Positions 60,614 to 64,000 of a stretch of 64,000 nucleotides of DNA are shown here, piece by piece. Positions within the stretch are counted from its first letter, which is position 1. Every line of letters begins with the position of its first letter. Position numbers and translations under genes: made by a program. Origin of the DNA: Polaromonas sp. GTDB taxonomy: Bacteria; Pseudomonadota; Gammaproteobacteria; Burkholderiales; Burkholderiaceae_C. The stretch lies in contig JASJPN010000035.1 of the NCBI GenBank assembly GCA_031426635.1, positions 237 to 64,236 on the forward strand, in the 5' to 3' direction. The notes beneath the pieces were generated by a model. It did no database searches, had not been told where the DNA came from, and was given only the letters and a program-made list of their open reading frames with translations.

Positions 60614-63577
60614 ATGCTATTGACCAAAAAATCAGGTTTATCAGACAGCACCTCTGTCCGTTCCCCATTTATACATAGCCTGCGCCGTGGTTTATCCCAA
60701 GCTTTGCCCACCATGGACCGTCGTGCATTTTTACGTCGCTCCGGCTTGGGTGTAGGTGTAGGCATAGCGGCATCCCAGTTGACGCTGGTCAAGAAGGCGA
60801 GTGCAGTACAAGGTGCTGCGGCAGTGGGTGAAGGAAAAATAGAAATCAAACGTACCGTATGCACCCATTGCTCCGTTGGTTGCGCGGTAGATGCGGTGGT
60901 GGAAAATGGCGTCTGGGTGCGCCAGGAGCCAGTGTTCGATTCGCCCATCAACCTAGGCTCATATTGCGCCAAAGGTGCAGCGCTTCGCGAGCATGGCCAC
61001 GGCGAGTTCCGCCTGCGCTACCCCATGAAGCTGGTCAACGGTAAGTACGAGCGTATCAGCTGGGATACGGCCTTGAACGAAATCAGCGCCAAACTGCTGG
61101 ATTTGCGCAAAGCCAGCGGACAGGATTCCATTTATTGGGTGGGCTCCTCCAAACACAATAACGAACAGGCCTACCTGTTACGCAAGTTCGTCAGTTTCTG
61201 GGGTAGCAACAACTGTGACCACCAGGCTCGCATTTGCCACTCCACCACGGTGGCCGGTGTCGCCAATACATGGGGTTATGGTGCCATGACCAACTCCTAC
61301 AACGACATGCAAAACAGCAAGTGCGCGTTGTATATTGGGTCGAATGCAGCCGAAGCGCATCCGGTGAGTATGCTGCACATGCTGCACGCGAAGGAAACCG
61401 GCACCAAGATGATCGTGGTCGATCCGCGCTTTACCCGCACGGCGGCCAAGGCCGATGAGTTCGTTCGCATCCGCTCAGGCTCGGACATCCCGTTCCTTTT
61501 TGGTGTGCTCTACCATATATTCAAGAACGACTGGGAAGATAAAAAATACATCAATGACCGTGTTTACGGCATGGAGAAAGTCAAGGAAGAAGTCCTTGCC
61601 AAATGGACACCCGACAAGGTCGAAGAGGCTTGCGGCGTAAAGGCAGATCAAGTTCTGCGCGTAGCCACCATGATGAGCGAGAACAGGCCCAGTACCCTGG
61701 TTTGGTGTATGGGTCAGACCCAGCACACCATCGGCAACGCCATGGTGCGGGCTTCGTGTATCTTGCAACTAGCTTTAGGCAACGTCGGCAAGTCTGGTGG
61801 CGGCACCAACATTTTCCGAGGCCATGACAACGTGCAAGGCGCCACCGACATCGGCCCCAATCCCGACTCACTGCCGGGTTACTACGGCATTGTGGAGGGC
61901 TCGTGGAAGCACTTCGCCAAGGTGTGGGGTGTGGATTTTGAATGGATGAAGAAGCAGTTTTCCGCTCCCGCCATGATGAGCAAGCCCGGCATGACCGTGT
62001 CGCGCTGGATTGACGGTGTGCTGGAAAAGAACGAGTTGATTGATCAGGACTCCAATTTGCGCGGCGTGTTCTTCTGGGGTCATGCACCAAACTCGCAAAC
62101 GCGTGGTTTGGAAATGAAACGCGCCATGGACAAACTGGACTTGCTGGTAGTGGTGGATCCCTACCCGTCTGCGACCGCTGCCATGGCGGCCATGCCCGGC
62201 AAACCCGAAGACCTGAACCCGAATCGCGCCGTATATTTATTACCGGCGGCCACGCAGTTCGAGACCAGTGGCTCTGTGACGGCTTCGAACCGCTCCATTC
62301 AATGGCGTGAAAAAGTGATCGAACCCTTGTGGGAGAGCCGCAGCGACCACATGATCATGCAGCAGTTCGCCGACAAGCTTGGCTTTGGCAAAGAACTGTC
62401 CAAAAACTACAAGATGCAAAAAGTGGGCGGCATGGATGAGCCCGTGCCAGAGGACATCCTGCGTGAAATCAACAAGGGGGTTTGGACCATTGGCTACACT
62501 GGCCAAAGCCCGGAACGCCTGAAAGCCCACATGCGCAACATGCACTTGTTCGACGTGAAAACGCTCAAGGCCAAGGGCGGCAAGGACAAAGAGAGTGGCT
62601 ATGACTTCACTGGCGACTACTTTGGCTTGCCCTGGCCCTGTTACGGCAATGCTTCGATCAAGCATCCGGGTTCTCCCAACCTGTACGACACGTCCAAGCA
62701 TGTCATGGAGGGCGGTGGTAACTTCCGCGCCAATTTCGGGGTGGAGCGTGAAGGCAAGAATCTGCTGGCCGAGGACGGCTCGCACTCCAAAGGCGCAGAC
62801 ATCACCACCGGCTATCCTGAATTTGACCACGTGCTGATGAAGAAGCTGGGCTGGTGGGACGACCTCACCGACACGGAAAAAGCCGCTGCCGAAGGCAAAA
62901 ACTGGAAGACTGATCTATCGGGAGGCATCCAGCGCGTGGTGTTGCAGGTGCATGGCTGCCATCCGTTCGGTAACGCCAAGGCACGTGCCGTCGTGTGGAA
63001 CTTCCCCGACGCGATTCCGCAGCATCGCGAACCGCTTTACGGTATCCGTCCCGATCTGGTGGCGAAGTACCCCACGCACGACGACAAGAAGGCGTTCTGG
63101 CGTCTGCCCACGCTGTACAAGACGATTCAGCAGAAAAACATCGCCGACAAAGTCCACGAGAAGTTCCCGTTCATCATGACCTCGGGGCGTCTGGTGGAGT
63201 ACGAAGGTGGTGGCGAAGAAACCCGTTCCAACCCGTGGCTGGCCGAGTTACAGCAGGAAATGTTCATCGAGATCAATCCCAAGGTGGCGGCTGACAAGGG
63301 CATTCGCAATGGCGAGCGGGCTTGGGTCTCGACACCTACGGGCGCGCGCCTCAATGTGCAGGCGCTCGTGACCGAGCGTGTTGGAGCAGACACGGTGTTC
63401 ATGCCTTTCCACTTCTCGGGTCGCTGGCAAGGCGCTGACATGCTCGCCTATTACCCCAACGGTGCGGCTCCGATCGTCCGTGGCGAGGCCATCAACACGG
63501 CAACCACCTATGGTTATGACAGCGTGACCATGATGCAAGAAACCAAAACGACGATCTGCAACGTCGAAAAAGCCTAA
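60614..63577 (+). CDS. Tat-dependent formate dehydrogenase alpha subunit (Mo/W-bis-PGD, Cys-type)
   Basis: Tat motif DRRAFLRRSGLGVGV, a 4Fe-4S site (CTHCSVGCAV), the active-site block ARICHSTTV (Cys where FdnG has Sec) and no in-frame TGA. GGAGAG precedes ATG 60614. An alternative start is ATG 60713. Confidence 0.9.
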   Translation: MLLTKKSGLSDSTSVRSPFIHSLRRGLSQALPTMDRRAFLRRSGLGVGVGIAASQLTLVKKASAVQGAAAVGEGKIEIKRTVCTHCSVGCAVDAVVENGVWVRQEPVFDSPINLGSYCAKGAALREHGHGEFRLRYPMKLVNGKYERISWDTALNEISAKLLDLRKASGQDSIYWVGSSKHNNEQAYLLRKFVSFWGSNNCDHQARICHSTTVAGVANTWGYGAMTNSYNDMQNSKCALYIGSNAAEAHPVSMLHMLHAKETGTKMIVVDPRFTRTAAKADEFVRIRSGSDIPFLFGVLYHIFKNDWEDKKYINDRVYGMEKVKEEVLAKWTPDKVEEACGVKADQVLRVATMMSENRPSTLVWCMGQTQHTIGNAMVRASCILQLALGNVGKSGGGTNIFRGHDNVQGATDIGPNPDSLPGYYGIVEGSWKHFAKVWGVDFEWMKKQFSAPAMMSKPGMTVSRWIDGVLEKNELIDQDSNLRGVFFWGHAPNSQTRGLEMKRAMDKLDLLVVVDPYPSATAAMAAMPGKPEDLNPNRAVYLLPAATQFETSGSVTASNRSIQWREKVIEPLWESRSDHMIMQQFADKLGFGKELSKNYKMQKVGGMDEPVPEDILREINKGVWTIGYTGQSPERLKAHMRNMHLFDVKTLKAKGGKDKESGYDFTGDYFGLPWPCYGNASIKHPGSPNLYDTSKHVMEGGGNFRANFGVEREGKNLLAEDGSHSKGADITTGYPEFDHVLMKKLGWWDDLTDTEKAAAEGKNWKTDLSGGIQRVVLQVHGCHPFGNAKARAVVWNFPDAIPQHREPLYGIRPDLVAKYPTHDDKKAFWRLPTLYKTIQQKNIADKVHEKFPFIMTSGRLVEYEGGGEETRSNPWLAELQQEMFIEINPKVAADKGIRNGERAWVSTPTGARLNVQALVTERVGADTVFMPFHFSGRWQGADMLAYYPNGAAPIVRGEAINTATTYGYDSVTMMQETKTTICNVEKA

Positions 63578-63587
63578 GGAGTCAGAC

Positions 63588-64000
63588 ATGGCACGCATGA
63601 AATTTGTTTGTGACGCAGAACGCTGCATTGAGTGCAACGGCTGCGTGACGGCCTGCAAAAACGAGAATGAGGTGCCTTGGGGCGTGAATCGCCGCCGTGT
63701 GGTCACGCTCAACGACGGTGTCCCTGGCGAAAGGTCCATTTCGGTAGCCTGCATGCATTGCAGTGACGCACCCTGCATGGCCGTGTGCCCGGTGAACTGC
63801 TTTTACCGCACGGATGAAGGTGTGGTGCTGCATGACAAGGACGTGTGCATTGGCTGCGGCTACTGCTCTTACGCCTGCCCCTTTGGCGCGCCTCAGTTCC
63901 CCTCGCAAGGTACCTTTGGCGTGCGTGGCAAGATGGACAAATGCACCTTTTGCGCCGGTGGTCCGGAAGCCAATGGCAGCCAGGCCGAATTCGAGAAATA
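63588..64000 (+). CDS. formate dehydrogenase iron-sulfur (beta) subunit, 5' part (runs off the window)
   Basis: My own translation is MARMKFVCDAERCIECNGCVTACKNEN...CMHCSDAPCMAVCP...CIGCGYCSYACPFGAP...CTFC. AGGAG lies 6 nt upstream. No stop occurs before 64000. Confidence 0.85.
   Translation, partial: MARMKFVCDAERCIECNGCVTACKNENEVPWGVNRRRVVTLNDGVPGERSISVACMHCSDAPCMAVCPVNCFYRTDEGVVLHDKDVCIGCGYCSYACPFGAPQFPSQGTFGVRGKMDKCTFCAGGPEANGSQAEFEK

Noticed and set aside
60614-63577. Possible selenocysteine (in-frame TGA) in either formate dehydrogenase
   Set aside because: Both alpha subunits are uninterrupted ORFs with Cys at the position equivalent to Sec (TRLCHASS and ARICHSTT). There is no TGA and no need to invoke a SECIS element.

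Overview
The window looks like a compact, GC-rich core chromosomal segment of a proteobacterium. Gene content and synteny (DUF3460-scpA, gpmA/rhodanese/grxC/secB/gpsA, gsp order) suggest Burkholderiales, but that is inference only. All calls rest on reading the ORF translations and the DNA by eye; no database search was run.

Contents in order:
- 1-10.9 kb: a near-complete type II secretion cluster. A divergent partial gspC-like gene is followed by gspG-H-I-J-K-L-M-N-D-E-F, with many ATGA/TGATG stop-start overlaps.
- 10.9-22.6 kb: housekeeping genes. These are crotonase, nudB, a ybhP-like EEP gene, clsB, a secreted SNase-like nuclease, moeB, ctp, gpmA, rhodanese, grxC, a short BLUF photoreceptor, folE, aroE, secB and gpsA.
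- 22.6-40.9 kb: an uninterrupted run of 18 cofactor or precursor biosynthesis genes. They are panCB, nadCA, queED, panD, pabB plus a UbiC-fold partner, bioFDA, thiDE-G-S-O-C behind a clear TPP riboswitch, and nadB.
- 40.9-48.6 kb: scpA, DUF3460, a BamE-like lipoprotein, a SulP permease, a DUF1275 protein, metG and apbC.
- 48.7-64 kb: a formate module. It holds a LysR regulator, an OFA-family MFS transporter and a soluble NuoE/F-fused plus NuoG-fused NAD-type FDH. These are followed by three poorly understood genes (DUF3305-like, DUF3306-like, 694-aa polyferredoxin), a TorD-like chaperone, a small Tat protein and a Tat-exported Cys-type FDH alpha with a partial beta.

I saw no rRNA, tRNA, CRISPR, transposase or integrase.

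The most unusual signal is at nucleotide level. A dispersed ~41-nt AT-rich bipartite module (GCYGRC-N18-GCTA-N9-TAGC) occurs at least 7-10 times. It is found in intergenic DNA and in-frame inside unrelated genes in both orientations (gspC, gspL, gspD, nuclease, metG, fdsB, torD-like), usually in linkers or signal peptides.

Secondary leads:
- a head-to-head PabB/UbiC-fold pair that could be a non-canonical pABA route
- bio genes fused onto the riboswitch-controlled thi array
- a low-GC mosaic block inside metG
- the uncharacterised trio between the two FDH systems
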